NCBI GenBank assembly: GCA_965660725.1
Contig: CBFIBI010000004.1
Span: 4,164 to 68,163, forward strand
From: Opitutales bacterium
GTDB taxonomy: Bacteria; Verrucomicrobiota; Verrucomicrobiia; Opitutales; Seribacteraceae
DNA: 64,000 nucleotides
Reading direction: 5' to 3'
Positions 26,906 through 37,513 of this stretch are shown in pieces. Numbering within the stretch: position 1 is the stretch's first letter; the number at the start of each line of letters is the position of its first letter. The notes beneath the pieces were generated by a model. The model did not search any database. It had not been told where the DNA came from and was given only the letters and a program-made list of their open reading frames with translations. Position numbers and translations under genes: made by a program.

Positions 26906-28828
26906 TCAGTCTTTCCTTTTTGGAGAACCCGGTTGCAAGCGAATGAACTTATACGGGTGATTGTCGAGGAGAAGTGGATTCCAACCCTTTACATCGGGAT
27001 GGAGCAGATAATTACGTGTGTACCAATAGACTGGAAGAATTGGGCGCTCATCGAGAAAAATTGATTCTGCCTGAGCGAGTAATTCATAGCGCTTAATGGA
27101 ATCACCGGTTTGTGCCGCCATACCCAAAATTTTCTCAAATTCTTCGTTATGCCAACCGGTGCGGTTGTTACCAACTCCTTTCATCCACATATCAAGAAAG
27201 GTCAGGGGGTCCATATAGTCTCCAATCCAGCCGCCAGCCGCTAAATCATAGTCCTTATCAAACATGGCAGTTATGTAGGAAGTCCATTCCATTTGCTTGA
27301 TCTTAATAGTTGCCCCAAGGTGTTCTTTCCACATTGCCTGTAGTGCTTCTGCAGTGACCTTTGAGGATTCTTTGTCAGTGGTTAGAAATTCGATGTCAGG
27401 GAGCCCCTTACCTCCTGGATACCCGGCTTCGGCAAGCAATTTACGGGCAAGTTCAGGATTGAAGGTCACAACATCGGATGCGGGGTACTTGCCAAAAGGA
27501 GGGACCAGCCCAGAGGCTGGCTTCTGTCCGCCCTTTAGAACATTATCGATTAGTGATTTTTGATTCAAAGCGTATGAAAAGGCAAGGCGCACACGAGGAT
27601 CGGTAAAAGGTTTATTGGAGACATTAGTACGGATAAAATAAGTACCAAGGTAGAGTTCGCTCCTCACATGTTCCGGATATTTTTCACGGGAATATTCAAT
27701 AAGTTCTGAGGCAATGGTGTAAGTAACATGCATCTGACCATCAAAATACATTCGATCTTCGGTATAAAGGTTACTAATGGGAAGAAAGCGAATACCATTT
27801 AGACCAACATTGTCTCTATCCCAATAATTTGGGTTACGGCTCACTTCAATATGATCATTGAAACGCCATGATTTTAAAACAAATGCACCATTTCCAACGA
27901 GATTTTCAGGTTTGGTCCATTTGGTGAAGCGTTCGCCTATATTACCGTGTTTTAAAACAATATGCTTGGGGACAGGGTACCAAGTGTAGTGCTTGGTAAT
28001 CTCTGGTAAAAAAGGGATTGGTGAATTAAGAATTACTTTCAGGGTATGTTTATCGGGAGCGGTAGCACCAAAATCAATAAGACTCCAAAGGTCTTTTAAT
28101 TCATCTTTCTTTAAGTTTCCTCGATTTGTTTTTTCAAAAGTAAGGTTTTTCAAAACAAGTGACCGTTGAATATTCCGAGAAATACTTGCTGGCCATTTGA
28201 AAAGGGATGGATTGATAACAAGTTTTTCGAGTTCGCTAAGGTTTAGTTTGTCTAAACCAATAAAATTAAAAGAACCTTCGTCCGCTTTTTCGTTGGGACC
28301 AAAGTCTACCTCCTTAAGGGAGTCCCACCAATCTTCTGTAAAATTAGCTTCATTACGATAAAGTAAATAGGAACGTTGAGACTTATGATAAACTTCAGCA
28401 TCCTTTATGTAGTAAAGCATAAAAGAGTAATCGGATGCGAGGGCAGGGGTAAGTAGTCGCCGAAATGAGAAAAGAAAGTCGTCTGATGTAAGGGGTTCTC
28501 CATCCGACCATTGAGCATCCTTACGAAGTTCAAAAATCCATTCATCCGGACGTTTCGGGTTTACGGGATACCATTTTTCTGCGACTCCAGGCATGGCAAT
28601 TCCATCCTGAGATGGATGGGCTTCGACTAACCCCTCGAAAAGGGAACGAATAACATTACTCTCAAGTACACCACTCACTATGTGCGGGTCCAGCCCCTTG
28701 GGCTCACCACTGTTACCCATAATGAGTATTCCTTCAATAGAAGCTTCATCCACACTGCTTTTTTTCCCGCAGGAAAACATCAGCAGAGAAAAGAAACAAA
28801 TAGAGATAGTATTTCCAATTTTAATCAA
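26906..28828 (-). CDS. peptide ABC substrate-binding lipoprotein (SBP family 5)
   Basis: 640 aa with lipobox-like MFSCGKK. It has family-5 blocks (GEPKGLDPH, WSDGEPLTSDDF, NPNYWD) and is the first gene of the minus-strand operon. Confidence 0.88.
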   Translation of the reverse strand: MIKIGNTISICFFSLLMFSCGKKSSVDEASIEGILIMGNSGEPKGLDPHIVSGVLESNVIRSLFEGLVEAHPSQDGIAMPGVAEKWYPVNPKRPDEWIFELRKDAQWSDGEPLTSDDFLFSFRRLLTPALASDYSFMLYYIKDAEVYHKSQRSYLLYRNEANFTEDWWDSLKEVDFGPNEKADEGSFNFIGLDKLNLSELEKLVINPSLFKWPASISRNIQRSLVLKNLTFEKTNRGNLKKDELKDLWSLIDFGATAPDKHTLKVILNSPIPFLPEITKHYTWYPVPKHIVLKHGNIGERFTKWTKPENLVGNGAFVLKSWRFNDHIEVSRNPNYWDRDNVGLNGIRFLPISNLYTEDRMYFDGQMHVTYTIASELIEYSREKYPEHVRSELYLGTYFIRTNVSNKPFTDPRVRLAFSYALNQKSLIDNVLKGGQKPASGLVPPFGKYPASDVVTFNPELARKLLAEAGYPGGKGLPDIEFLTTDKESSKVTAEALQAMWKEHLGATIKIKQMEWTSYITAMFDKDYDLAAGGWIGDYMDPLTFLDMWMKGVGNNRTGWHNEEFEKILGMAAQTGDSIKRYELLAQAESIFLDERPILPVYWYTRNYLLHPDVKGWNPLLLDNHPYKFIRLQPGSPKRKD

Positions 28829-28974
28829 AGCTGAACTGTGTATTGCATTCTTGATCCTTTAAAAAAGTGACGAGCACTTGATTCTTGGCAAGCAAAAGAA
28901 TTCGTAAATTAGAAAAGAGCCAAGATTTGACTTTGCCCCGTCTGTAAGAAATCGCTATGTAAAAATGGCGTTAC

Positions 28975-30399
28975 ATGCGAGACTATTTTATAAGAAGATT
29001 TTTATTGATTCCTCCGACTCTTCTCGGAATCAGTATTATGGTTTTCGCGATTACTAGACTTGCTCCTGGCGGTCCACTTGAACAGGCAATGATGCAAATG
29101 CAGCAGGTTTCTGAAGAGGGGGGAGGTGGTTTGAATTCAGGTTCAGAGCAGGCTTTGTCAGAAGACCAACTAGAACAGATGAAGCGGTTATATGGTTTTG
29201 ATAAACCTCATTGGGAAGCTTACATGATCTGGCTTGGTATTTTGCCCCGTGAAACTGAATTTAGGCAAATCCGATTTCTTGATAATGAACTTGAATTAGC
29301 AGAGAGGGTAAGTCTTCCCAGTTTCAGCTTGGTTGAATTGGATTGGAACGGTGACGGATATCTTCAGCGCCAGGAAGTTCCAGCACACCTAAATAAATAC
29401 ATTAATTTTTCCCGTTTGGATCTAAATCAGGACGGAGAAATTGACGGATTGGAGGCTGATACGCCTGCTGCCCGGATAGAAGGAGCACGAGAGAAGATTG
29501 TACTGCGACGTGACGGAAAGGGTGGGGTAAAGTTGGAAAACGATTTGGACTTATTGGGAAACTGGAAAGTTCGTATGAAAGAAAGAGATCCAGCAAAACC
29601 TAATCGAATTCCTGTAGCTGAACTCTTCATGACTCGCTACGAGGGGGTGTTACAGGGTAATTTCGGCCAGTCAACTCGGTATGGAGAACCTGTTCTTTCA
29701 GTAATTACCCAACGTTTGCCCGTATCCACTTACTTTGGTCTGCTCACTTTCTTAGTCACATATTTAGTATGTATTCCACTTGGAGTTTACAAAGCTGTGC
29801 GACATAACTCATTATCCGATGATATTTCTTCCATACTTATTTTTGTTGGTTATGCAGTCCCTGGTTATGCACTTGGCTCGTTATTGCTTTTATTTTTTTC
29901 AGTTAAACTCGACTGGCTCCCCATGGGAGGGCTAACCAGTAGTGGATTCGATGAACTTTCCGTCTGGGAGCAAGCTAAAGATTTGGCCATTCATACTTTT
30001 CAGCCTCTCTGCTGTTATTTGATTGGTGGTTTTGCATTTGTGACCATGTTGATGAAAAACCACTTGATGGATAATCTGTCTTCGGATTATGTACGAACGG
30101 CAATGGCAAAAGGTGTTTCCTTTGGTGTAGCGGTGCGCAAACACGCACTGCGTAATTCACTGGTTCCACTGGCAACCAATGTAGGTCATCAAGTGACCCT
30201 TTTCGTTACCGGATCATTTCTAATTGAAACTATTTTTGATATCGATGGTTTTGGACTGCTCGGTTTTAATTCAGTTATCGACCGAGACTACCCGGTTGTA
30301 ATGGGGGTGCTTACGCTTTCCGCTTCTTTAATGCTCATTGGCAATGTGCTTTCCGACGCACTCGTTGCCTCGGTGGACCCGAGGGTTCGTTTTGAATAA
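28975..30399 (+). CDS. YejB/OppB-like ABC permease with a ~120-aa periplasmic insertion containing two EF-hand-type loops
   Basis: 474 aa. The N-terminus MRDYFIRRFLLIPPTLLGISIMVFAITRLAPGGP and the blocks LYGFDKP and DYVRTAMAKGVS are YejB/OppB-like. The insertion contains DWNGDGYLQRQE and DLNQDGEIDGLE. Confidence 0.88.
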   Translation: MRDYFIRRFLLIPPTLLGISIMVFAITRLAPGGPLEQAMMQMQQVSEEGGGGLNSGSEQALSEDQLEQMKRLYGFDKPHWEAYMIWLGILPRETEFRQIRFLDNELELAERVSLPSFSLVELDWNGDGYLQRQEVPAHLNKYINFSRLDLNQDGEIDGLEADTPAARIEGAREKIVLRRDGKGGVKLENDLDLLGNWKVRMKERDPAKPNRIPVAELFMTRYEGVLQGNFGQSTRYGEPVLSVITQRLPVSTYFGLLTFLVTYLVCIPLGVYKAVRHNSLSDDISSILIFVGYAVPGYALGSLLLLFFSVKLDWLPMGGLTSSGFDELSVWEQAKDLAIHTFQPLCCYLIGGFAFVTMLMKNHLMDNLSSDYVRTAMAKGVSFGVAVRKHALRNSLVPLATNVGHQVTLFVTGSFLIETIFDIDGFGLLGFNSVIDRDYPVVMGVLTLSASLMLIGNVLSDALVASVDPRVRFE

Positions 30400-30400
30400 A

Positions 30401-31471
30401 ATGATTAAGCTTAATCCATTAACTCAGAAAAAACTTCGTCGATTTCGTTCGATCAAAAGAGGTTACTGGTCTTTTGTTATTTTATCTTTACTGTATGTTT
30501 TCAGTTTAGCCGGTGAGCTTTTCGTCAATAAACGGGCCTTGCTTGTTTCCTATCAGGGTACCTTTTATTTTCCTACCTATGGGGAACAAATAAGCGGTAG
30601 GGAATTTGGATTAGATTATGATTATGAGGTCGATTACCGATCCCTCCAAAAAAAATTCCTAAGTGAAAAAAAGGGTGATTGGGTCATTATGCCGATCGTT
30701 CCTTTTGGCCCTTACGAAATGGATTATGCAAATGAAGAGTCCACCGGTTTTTCTCCACCTGATTGGAAAACAGGACATTTTTGCGGAACCGATAAAACCG
30801 AACGTGATGTTTTTGCCCGTCTGCTTTATGGATTCAGAATCGCTATGACTTTTTCACTGGGCTACCTTTTTTTGACTTATCTAATTGCCATGGCGGCTGG
30901 CAGTATAATGGGGTACTTTGGAGGTAAGACTGATATGGTTGGACTACGCCTGGTTGAGATCTGGGCGAATGTTCCTTTTTTATACATGGTAATCATCTTG
31001 GTATCTGTGATGCCAGGTTGGTGGGGAGTCGGCTGGCAGGTGTCCTCTTTGCTTTTCATAATGGTTCTTTTTTCTTGGACGGGTATGACTTACTACATCA
31101 GGGCAGCCGTTTATAAGGAAAAAGCTCGCGATTATGTATCGGCGGCAAAAGTTATCGGTGCCGGCCCTTCGCGAATTATTTTTCGACATCTCCTGCCCAA
31201 TGTAATTTCAACTCTCGTCACTTTTGCACCTTTTACTATCGCCGCTGCAATTTCTTCAATTACTGCTCTTGATTTTTTAGGTTATGGTTTACCTCCACCA
31301 ACACCGAGTTGGGGTGAACTGCTTAAGCAGGCAGTGGGTAATCTCAAAACTGCTCCATGGATAGTTATTTCAACTGTCACAGCCCTGGTTTTAACCCTCA
31401 CCTTGGTTACTTTTGTTGGTGAAGCGGTAAGGGAAGCTTTTGATCCAAAAAAATTCTCCACTTATGAATGA
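30401..31471 (+). CDS. YejE/OppC-like ABC permease
   Basis: I chose the start MIKLNPLTQKKLRRFRSIKRGYWSF (ATG 30401, 1 nt after the upstream stop), because this N-terminus matches my memory of YejE. The ORF-track start at 30338 would overlap the previous gene by 62 nt. Confidence 0.88.
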   Translation: MIKLNPLTQKKLRRFRSIKRGYWSFVILSLLYVFSLAGELFVNKRALLVSYQGTFYFPTYGEQISGREFGLDYDYEVDYRSLQKKFLSEKKGDWVIMPIVPFGPYEMDYANEESTGFSPPDWKTGHFCGTDKTERDVFARLLYGFRIAMTFSLGYLFLTYLIAMAAGSIMGYFGGKTDMVGLRLVEIWANVPFLYMVIILVSVMPGWWGVGWQVSSLLFIMVLFSWTGMTYYIRAAVYKEKARDYVSAAKVIGAGPSRIIFRHLLPNVISTLVTFAPFTIAAAISSITALDFLGYGLPPPTPSWGELLKQAVGNLKTAPWIVISTVTALVLTLTLVTFVGEAVREAFDPKKFSTYE

Positions 31472-33671
31472 AATTAAAAAAATGAAACACTTTATTTGTC
31501 CATGGATAGTCTGCAGCAGTCTTTTTTTTATGGGGTGTGAAGATCCGAAACTAAAACAACCTCGTGAAACCAAGTCCGATCAATCAGGAGGAACTTCCAA
31601 TAATTCGGATAGGGTAGATCGTGAATTTACCCGTGAACTTGCCCGTGAGTTTGCCCGTGAATTCGTTCAGGAATTTGCTAAACAAATTAAACAAAAAGAC
31701 TTTTCCTTCGATGCCAACCAATCAATGGGTGCACCCAATAAGTCATTTTTGGAAACGGGCATTGTTGATACCAATGGTAACCCTCATCCTTTAATAAGCC
31801 ATTGCTCGGAGGATGTTCTTGAATTCTACCAAAAGAATGAGGATTGCTTTTCTATTTTATCGCATGATGAGATCCCCGAAGATTTAGAGTGGCAAGACGG
31901 CTCGAATGAAAAAGAATTTTCTTCCCCAAATGCCAAGAGGGGAGGGACTTTCCATGCTTACATGCGTGATTTCCCAAGGACTCTTAGAACAATTGGCCCC
32001 GATGCTAATGGTGGATTTCGCAGATACCTTTTGGATAATAATGTGATCGGTTTAACTCATGCACATCCCAATACTGACGGATATTACCCAGGTACTGCAA
32101 ATGAATGGGCGGTAGGAAATGACGGTAGAACCGTTTATTTTCGTCTTGATCCAGACGCCCGTTTTAGTGACGGCAAGCGTGTAAGGGCATCTGATTATTT
32201 TTTCTTTTTTTACTTCATGAGAAGCAAACATATACAGGCACCCTGGTATAATGACTTTTATGGTAAAGATAAGTTTCAAAAAGTTACTCTATATGATGAA
32301 CAGACTCTTTCTATTAGGTTTTATAAAGCAAAACCAGATGTGGTGGAACGGGTTTCCATTCGGCCTAAGCCAGAACATTTTTACTCGGAGTTGGGAGGAG
32401 AGTATTTAAGTAAATACCAATGGGATCCAGAACCAACTACGGGTGCATATGTGGCATTGCCGGAAAATGTGGAAAAAGGAAAATCGGTCACGCTGGTTAG
32501 GCAGAATAACTGGTGGGCCAATGATAAACGATTTTTTCGTAATCGATTTAATCCCGATCAGATCAAAGTAAGCGTTATTCGAGATAATGACAAAGCATTT
32601 GAAATTTTTCTTAAGGGCGAAATAGATGCTTTTGGACTAGCCAAGACGGAATTCTGGTATGAGAAATTGGCCAACGATCATCCGTTGGTTAAGAACGGAT
32701 ACCTAACAAAAGTTACTTTTTTTAACCAGGCACCTCCCCCGAGCTATGCCCTCAGAATAAATTCTCAAAAGGCACCTCTTGATAATCTTGAAGTCCGCGT
32801 AGGTTTTCACCACGCAATGAATTTTGATCTCGTACTAAAAAGAATATTTCGTGGGGATTTCGTGCGCATGAATACCGTGGCAGATGGTTTTGGCGGAAGA
32901 ACTCACCCTACGCTGAAGGCCCGTAAATTCTCGGTGGACAAAGCTGTGGAAAGCTTTGCCAGAGCGGGTTATTCGAAAAGAGGAAAAGATGGGATACTGG
33001 TGAATGAAAGAGGAGAAAAACTATCCATTGAAATAATGACAGGTTATAAACATTTTGAAGATGTTCTGGTCGTATTGAAGGAGGAAGCTAAAAAAGCTGG
33101 ACTAGAAGTTAAGTTAAAAGTTCTTGAGCAAACCGCTGCTTGGAAAATGGCTAATGAAAAAAATCATCAGGTCATTTTTTCCGCATTTGGAACTTTTGTG
33201 GAACTTTTTCCAAGATTTTGGGAACCATTTCATTCTGATAATGCGTATCAGGAGAAAGGTGACTTAAAATATCAGGAAAATGGAGATCTAAAACCCGGAC
33301 TTACCACCAAGACGAGCACCAATAATTTTACTCAGACTGCGGTTCGTGAATTAGATCATTTAATTAATCAATATCGTGAAGAGGAAGACCTTAAACAGAT
33401 AACCAAAATGGCTCACCGATTAAGTCAAATGATTCATGACCATGCTGTCTGGATACCCGCTTGGAAAAAACCGTGGCTTCGCGTGGGACATTGGAGCTGG
33501 CTTCAGTTCCCCGATGATTGGGGACCAAAAGAATCCACAGATTATGAAGAGTTTCAGGTCTTTTGGATAGATACTCAAGAGAAGAAAAAAATTCTAGTTG
33601 CCATGGAAAAGGGGGATGCCGTTTCTCCTCATCCGTCCATCAGGGAATATAGGAAGTATATGACCAAATAA
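31464..33671 (+). CDS. ABC substrate-binding lipoprotein (SBP family 5, YejA-like, enlarged)
   Basis: The start is ATG 31464 (overlapping the upstream stop) or ATG 31482. The lipobox is FFMGCEDP. The protein is about 735 aa, with family-5-like blocks ([12 protein letters not shown]-type region, NNWW) and a low-complexity linker containing REFx repeats. Confidence 0.8.
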   Translation: MNEIKKMKHFICPWIVCSSLFFMGCEDPKLKQPRETKSDQSGGTSNNSDRVDREFTRELAREFAREFVQEFAKQIKQKDFSFDANQSMGAPNKSFLETGIVDTNGNPHPLISHCSEDVLEFYQKNEDCFSILSHDEIPEDLEWQDGSNEKEFSSPNAKRGGTFHAYMRDFPRTLRTIGPDANGGFRRYLLDNNVIGLTHAHPNTDGYYPGTANEWAVGNDGRTVYFRLDPDARFSDGKRVRASDYFFFFYFMRSKHIQAPWYNDFYGKDKFQKVTLYDEQTLSIRFYKAKPDVVERVSIRPKPEHFYSELGGEYLSKYQWDPEPTTGAYVALPENVEKGKSVTLVRQNNWWANDKRFFRNRFNPDQIKVSVIRDNDKAFEIFLKGEIDAFGLAKTEFWYEKLANDHPLVKNGYLTKVTFFNQAPPPSYALRINSQKAPLDNLEVRVGFHHAMNFDLVLKRIFRGDFVRMNTVADGFGGRTHPTLKARKFSVDKAVESFARAGYSKRGKDGILVNERGEKLSIEIMTGYKHFEDVLVVLKEEAKKAGLEVKLKVLEQTAAWKMANEKNHQVIFSAFGTFVELFPRFWEPFHSDNAYQEKGDLKYQENGDLKPGLTTKTSTNNFTQTAVRELDHLINQYREEEDLKQITKMAHRLSQMIHDHAVWIPAWKKPWLRVGHWSWLQFPDDWGPKESTDYEEFQVFWIDTQEKKKILVAMEKGDAVSPHPSIREYRKYMTK
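31620..31679 (+). repeat. in-frame 12-bp tandem repeat x5 (CGTGAATTTACC-like) encoding [20 protein letters not shown]
   Basis: Read directly from the sequence: cgtgaatttacc cgtgaacttgcc cgtgagtttgcc cgtgaattcgtt caggaatttgct. It lies in the linker just after the lipoprotein signal of the SBP. Confidence 0.9.
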
Positions 33672-33691
33672 TTAGTTGTCTTTTATTTTTT

Positions 33692-34690
33692 ATGAATTGT
33701 ATTGAACAGACGGATTCTTTGTTAAAGGTCAAGGAGCTTTCTGTCGCATTTACCAGTGATGAAGGGGAAGTGCAGGCATTGGACGCAGTCGATTTTGAAG
33801 TGAAGCATGGACAAACTCTTGGCCTGGTTGGGGAGTCGGGATGCGGAAAGAGTGTTACTGCTCTTTCGGTTATGCGACTCTTACCCAAACCGATTGGTAA
33901 AATAATCGGTGGAAGTATTCATTTTGGGGGGATGGATTTATTAAAACTGACATCCGATGAAATCAGGCAAATTCGGGGTAATGAAATTGGGATGATTTTT
34001 CAGGAACCTATGAATGCGTTAAATCCGGTCAGGACGATAGGGGATCAGATCAGTGAATCCTTTCTTCTCCATCAGAAGATCACTCCCAAAGAAGCCTGGG
34101 AGAAATCAATTGAGATGTTGGGGGATGTTGGCATTCCAGCACCGCAAAACCGGGCATTTGAATACCCTCATCAATTATCTGGTGGAATGAGGCAGCGCAT
34201 CGTGATCGCAATAGCACTGGCCTGTAAGCCAAAACTCGTCATCGCGGATGAACCGACCACCGCGTTGGATGTAACTGTTCAGTCACAAATTCTCGATCTT
34301 CTTCAAAGCCTGAAGGAAAAACTGGGATCTTCTGTTCTTTTGATTACTCATGACTTGGGCGTCATAGCTGAAACCTGTGATGAAGTATGCGTTATGTACG
34401 GGGGTAGGGTGGTTGAGCGTGCTTCCACCACAGAGCTTTTTGCCAACCCTGTTCACGCATACACAAGGGGTTTGCTTTCATCTATTCCCCGCCTCGATGG
34501 GTTTCCAAAAACTAAACTTTCAACGATAGAAGGAATGGTGCCCAGTCTTTCTGAGCTTAATGTGGGTTGTCGTTTTGCTCCCAGAAGTGGCTTAGAACAT
34601 TCCAAGGAACAACTTGGGCAAAGAGCCCCCTTCACTGAAATAAGACCAGGCCATTGGGTGGAAGCGTGTTCGGTATGCACAACATTATGA
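33692..34690 (+). CDS. peptide ABC transporter ATP-binding protein (OppD-like)
   Basis: 332 aa with [27 protein letters not shown] and a C-terminal Opp-type extension. Confidence 0.9.
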   Translation: MNCIEQTDSLLKVKELSVAFTSDEGEVQALDAVDFEVKHGQTLGLVGESGCGKSVTALSVMRLLPKPIGKIIGGSIHFGGMDLLKLTSDEIRQIRGNEIGMIFQEPMNALNPVRTIGDQISESFLLHQKITPKEAWEKSIEMLGDVGIPAPQNRAFEYPHQLSGGMRQRIVIAIALACKPKLVIADEPTTALDVTVQSQILDLLQSLKEKLGSSVLLITHDLGVIAETCDEVCVMYGGRVVERASTTELFANPVHAYTRGLLSSIPRLDGFPKTKLSTIEGMVPSLSELNVGCRFAPRSGLEHSKEQLGQRAPFTEIRPGHWVEACSVCTTL

Positions 34691-35670
34691 CCGACAAAGA
34701 AAAATTGTTGAAAATAGAAGACCTGCGAGTTCATTTTCCAGTCCGAGGTGGAGTTTTTCGTAGAGCAGTGGGTTCCTGCAAGGCAGTGGATGGAGTTAGC
34801 CTGAGTTTAGAAAAAGGCCAGACTTTGGGCTTGGTTGGAGAATCGGGCTGTGGGAAATCCACATTGGCAAAAGCTGTAGTTAATCTGGTCGAGCCCACCA
34901 GTGGCTCGATCAGATTTAAAAACAAGGAAGTTTTCGCAAGCGAAAATGAGATTAATTTTCGAAAATCAGTTCAAATGGTTTTTCAGGATCCTGCGGAATC
35001 CTTAAACTCCCGTATGACAGTTGGGTCCATTATTGGTGAACCATTGGAAGTTCATAAAATTGGAAAGAAAAGTGATAGGCTGGATCGGGTAGAGCAATTA
35101 CTCGAACAGGTGGGTTTGTCGAAAAGTGCGGCCAAGCGTTATCCTTTTGAATTTTCCGGAGGGCAGCGACAAAGGATCGGAATTGCTCGTGCATTAGCTT
35201 TAAATCCAGAACTTTTGGTTTTGGATGAACCAGTCTCTGCATTGGATGTCTCGGTTCAAAGCCAAGTTTTGAATTTGTTGATGGATTTGCAGTCTAATCT
35301 TCAATTAACCTATCTTTTAATCGCCCACGATCTTGCAGTTGTTAAGCATGTTTCAGATATCATTGCAGTTATGTATCTCGGTAAAATTGTCGAAGTAGGA
35401 CCTGCTGAGGAATTGTATTCAAATCCGGTCCATGCTTACACAAAGGCTTTAATTTCTGCTGTTCCTATTCCGGATCCAACGGTGAAAAGAAAAAAAGTTG
35501 TGATTCCTGGAGAGGTTCCTTCTCCTATAAACCCTCCTAAAGGCTGTGCATTTGGTCATCGGGTAAATTCACCAAATTACCGGGAGAGCATAGGGAAAAA
35601 ATTAGAGGTTTTTGAAGTAAAACCTGATCATTGGGTTCTACATTGTCCGTGCTGCGTTGAGAAATTATAG
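34687..35670 (+). CDS. peptide ABC transporter ATP-binding protein (OppF-like)
   Basis: I chose the start [17 protein letters not shown] (ATG 34687, an ATGA overlap with the upstream stop). Motifs are [17 protein letters not shown] and [11 protein letters not shown]. Confidence 0.9.
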   Translation: MTDKEKLLKIEDLRVHFPVRGGVFRRAVGSCKAVDGVSLSLEKGQTLGLVGESGCGKSTLAKAVVNLVEPTSGSIRFKNKEVFASENEINFRKSVQMVFQDPAESLNSRMTVGSIIGEPLEVHKIGKKSDRLDRVEQLLEQVGLSKSAAKRYPFEFSGGQRQRIGIARALALNPELLVLDEPVSALDVSVQSQVLNLLMDLQSNLQLTYLLIAHDLAVVKHVSDIIAVMYLGKIVEVGPAEELYSNPVHAYTKALISAVPIPDPTVKRKKVVIPGEVPSPINPPKGCAFGHRVNSPNYRESIGKKLEVFEVKPDHWVLHCPCCVEKL

Positions 35671-35782
35671 CGGGAGATAATAATTCAATAAAAAAGCTTG
35701 CGAGAAAACTTGCAGTCTCTTTTATGGAATTCGTTTTTATGGATATATGCCCCTTAGAGAATCCACTCCAAAATTGAATTTA

Positions 35783-37513
35783 ATGAAATACACCATTTAT
35801 TTGTTGATTTTCTTCTTCTCGTTGGTTGCTATTTTTGCTCAAAGTCCTGCAGATATGCCGTTAAGGCAAGTAATCTCGGAGGCGCAAGCACTCATTGGAA
35901 AAGGTGATTTTGCTGGAGCTTCCCCTTTGCTTGATGAGTTGGAGGTTCGTTTTGAAGATGAAGAAGATCCAGAAGTCGAAAAAATACTGCAGCAATTTGG
36001 TTTCGTTCGGGGCGTTGGCTACCTGCAGAGCTTTGCTAAAACAGGCAATCAAGATTTTCTAGGAAAGGCTTCAAGTGCATTTGGCTTCTTTGCAGAAAAA
36101 TTTCCCAACGATCCAAAAGCGGTCATGGCTCTGCAGAAAAGAACTGACTGTCTTCGTGCACTGCATGAATGGAAAGAAGCAGCTCGCGTTATTGAACTTC
36201 TTCTTAATCCGGCTAAGCCCTACCGAAAGCAAATTTTAAAGCGTTCAGAGTTGATGAATCTTTATTTCGGACGTGCACAATGCTACCACATTGAACAAGA
36301 TTGGGTAAAAGGGGAACCATCTTTCCGCGAGCTTCTTAAGTATGCAGACTTAGCAAAAGATGAAGATCGTTCAGCTTACGCTGTGTCCTGTTTAACAGAA
36401 ATGTTTGTTCAAACTAAAAGAATTGACGAGGTTTTTCCCTTACTGCCTAGGCTATCGGGTGATACCCCTGCACGCTATGATTTAAGATTAAATGTTAATC
36501 TTATGCAGGGTGCTGGCCAGTTAAAAGATGAGGGAAGGCATGTCGAGGCCTCACTCTTCTATGCTTTGACTATGACAACTGAAGAAATTGTGGCCTTTTA
36601 CAAAGAGAGGCAAAAACAGTTACAGACAGAACTTTCTCAATATGAGCAGATCATAGCCTTACAGGGCAATACAATGCCTAAAAGGCGACTTGAAATTTTA
36701 AAAGAGAAATCCAACACAATTGCAATGAAACTTACCAGTGCAAAAGGACAGTTAAAACTTGCCACAGACACCCCTCCATTCACGACAGTTTTAAGATGGC
36801 GCAAAGCAGATAATTTTCAGTTAACCAAGAGAGATTGGGAGTCATTCTGGGGCTTTTACTGGCTTTACAACGACTTTCCTAAACATGAAAATGTAGAGAA
36901 CTTTATTTATGCTGCCTTTGCATCTGCCAATACTGTTAAACATCGAGAGAAATCGATCGAATTAGGTGAAGCTTACTTAGCAAATAAAGATTGGAAGAAA
37001 TTTCGGGCCGATGTCACCTTTATTATGGCTAACGCATATAGACAAGAAGCTGAAAGCCTTAATCAAATCGCAGTCAGTTTGCAGAATGAACTTGGTACAG
37101 CAGAGCGTGACAGAGCAGAGAAGTCGAAAGTTAAGTCAGGTGAGTATTACGACCGTTTTTTCGCACTTTGTAATGACTTCATTAATGTGATGCCTGAACA
37201 CAAATATGCAAAAGATTTCGTTGGTATGATGGGCTCTGTATACTTCAAACGAAAAAAGTTTGATGGCCTTCTTGAGCAGTTTGCCGGTTTTGAAAATGGT
37301 GTCATGAACAAATCTAAAGGATATGTTAATAATAATGCTTTCCTAACTAGCCCGGCTATGCCAACTGCACATTACATGAGCGGACTTGCTCTTCTGGCTA
37401 GTGGAAAGTTCGATCAGGCAAAACCTCTTCTTGGAGCCGTTGTTGGAGTTAATGTGGAAGGTTTACCTATTGGCGAAACTTATGAAGAAGATGAAGAAGT
37501 AGTAAATGAATAA
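35783..37513 (+). CDS. secreted all-helical TPR-like repeat protein
   Basis: I chose the start at MKYTIYLLIFFFSLVAIFAQ (ATG 35783), which gives a signal peptide; the ORF-track start is 35747. The ~576 aa are helix-rich with TPR-like A/F/Y/L periodicity and an acidic C-terminus. I see no catalytic motif. Confidence 0.6.
   Translation: MKYTIYLLIFFFSLVAIFAQSPADMPLRQVISEAQALIGKGDFAGASPLLDELEVRFEDEEDPEVEKILQQFGFVRGVGYLQSFAKTGNQDFLGKASSAFGFFAEKFPNDPKAVMALQKRTDCLRALHEWKEAARVIELLLNPAKPYRKQILKRSELMNLYFGRAQCYHIEQDWVKGEPSFRELLKYADLAKDEDRSAYAVSCLTEMFVQTKRIDEVFPLLPRLSGDTPARYDLRLNVNLMQGAGQLKDEGRHVEASLFYALTMTTEEIVAFYKERQKQLQTELSQYEQIIALQGNTMPKRRLEILKEKSNTIAMKLTSAKGQLKLATDTPPFTTVLRWRKADNFQLTKRDWESFWGFYWLYNDFPKHENVENFIYAAFASANTVKHREKSIELGEAYLANKDWKKFRADVTFIMANAYRQEAESLNQIAVSLQNELGTAERDRAEKSKVKSGEYYDRFFALCNDFINVMPEHKYAKDFVGMMGSVYFKRKKFDGLLEQFAGFENGVMNKSKGYVNNNAFLTSPAMPTAHYMSGLALLASGKFDQAKPLLGAVVGVNVEGLPIGETYEEDEEVVNE

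Noticed and set aside
30338-30400. Upstream extension of the YejE-like permease (ORF-track start 30338).
   Set aside because: It would overlap the preceding gene by 62 nt and add a non-homologous peptide (MAMCFPTHSLPRWTRGFVLNK). ATG 30401 gives the family-typical N-terminus immediately after the upstream stop.
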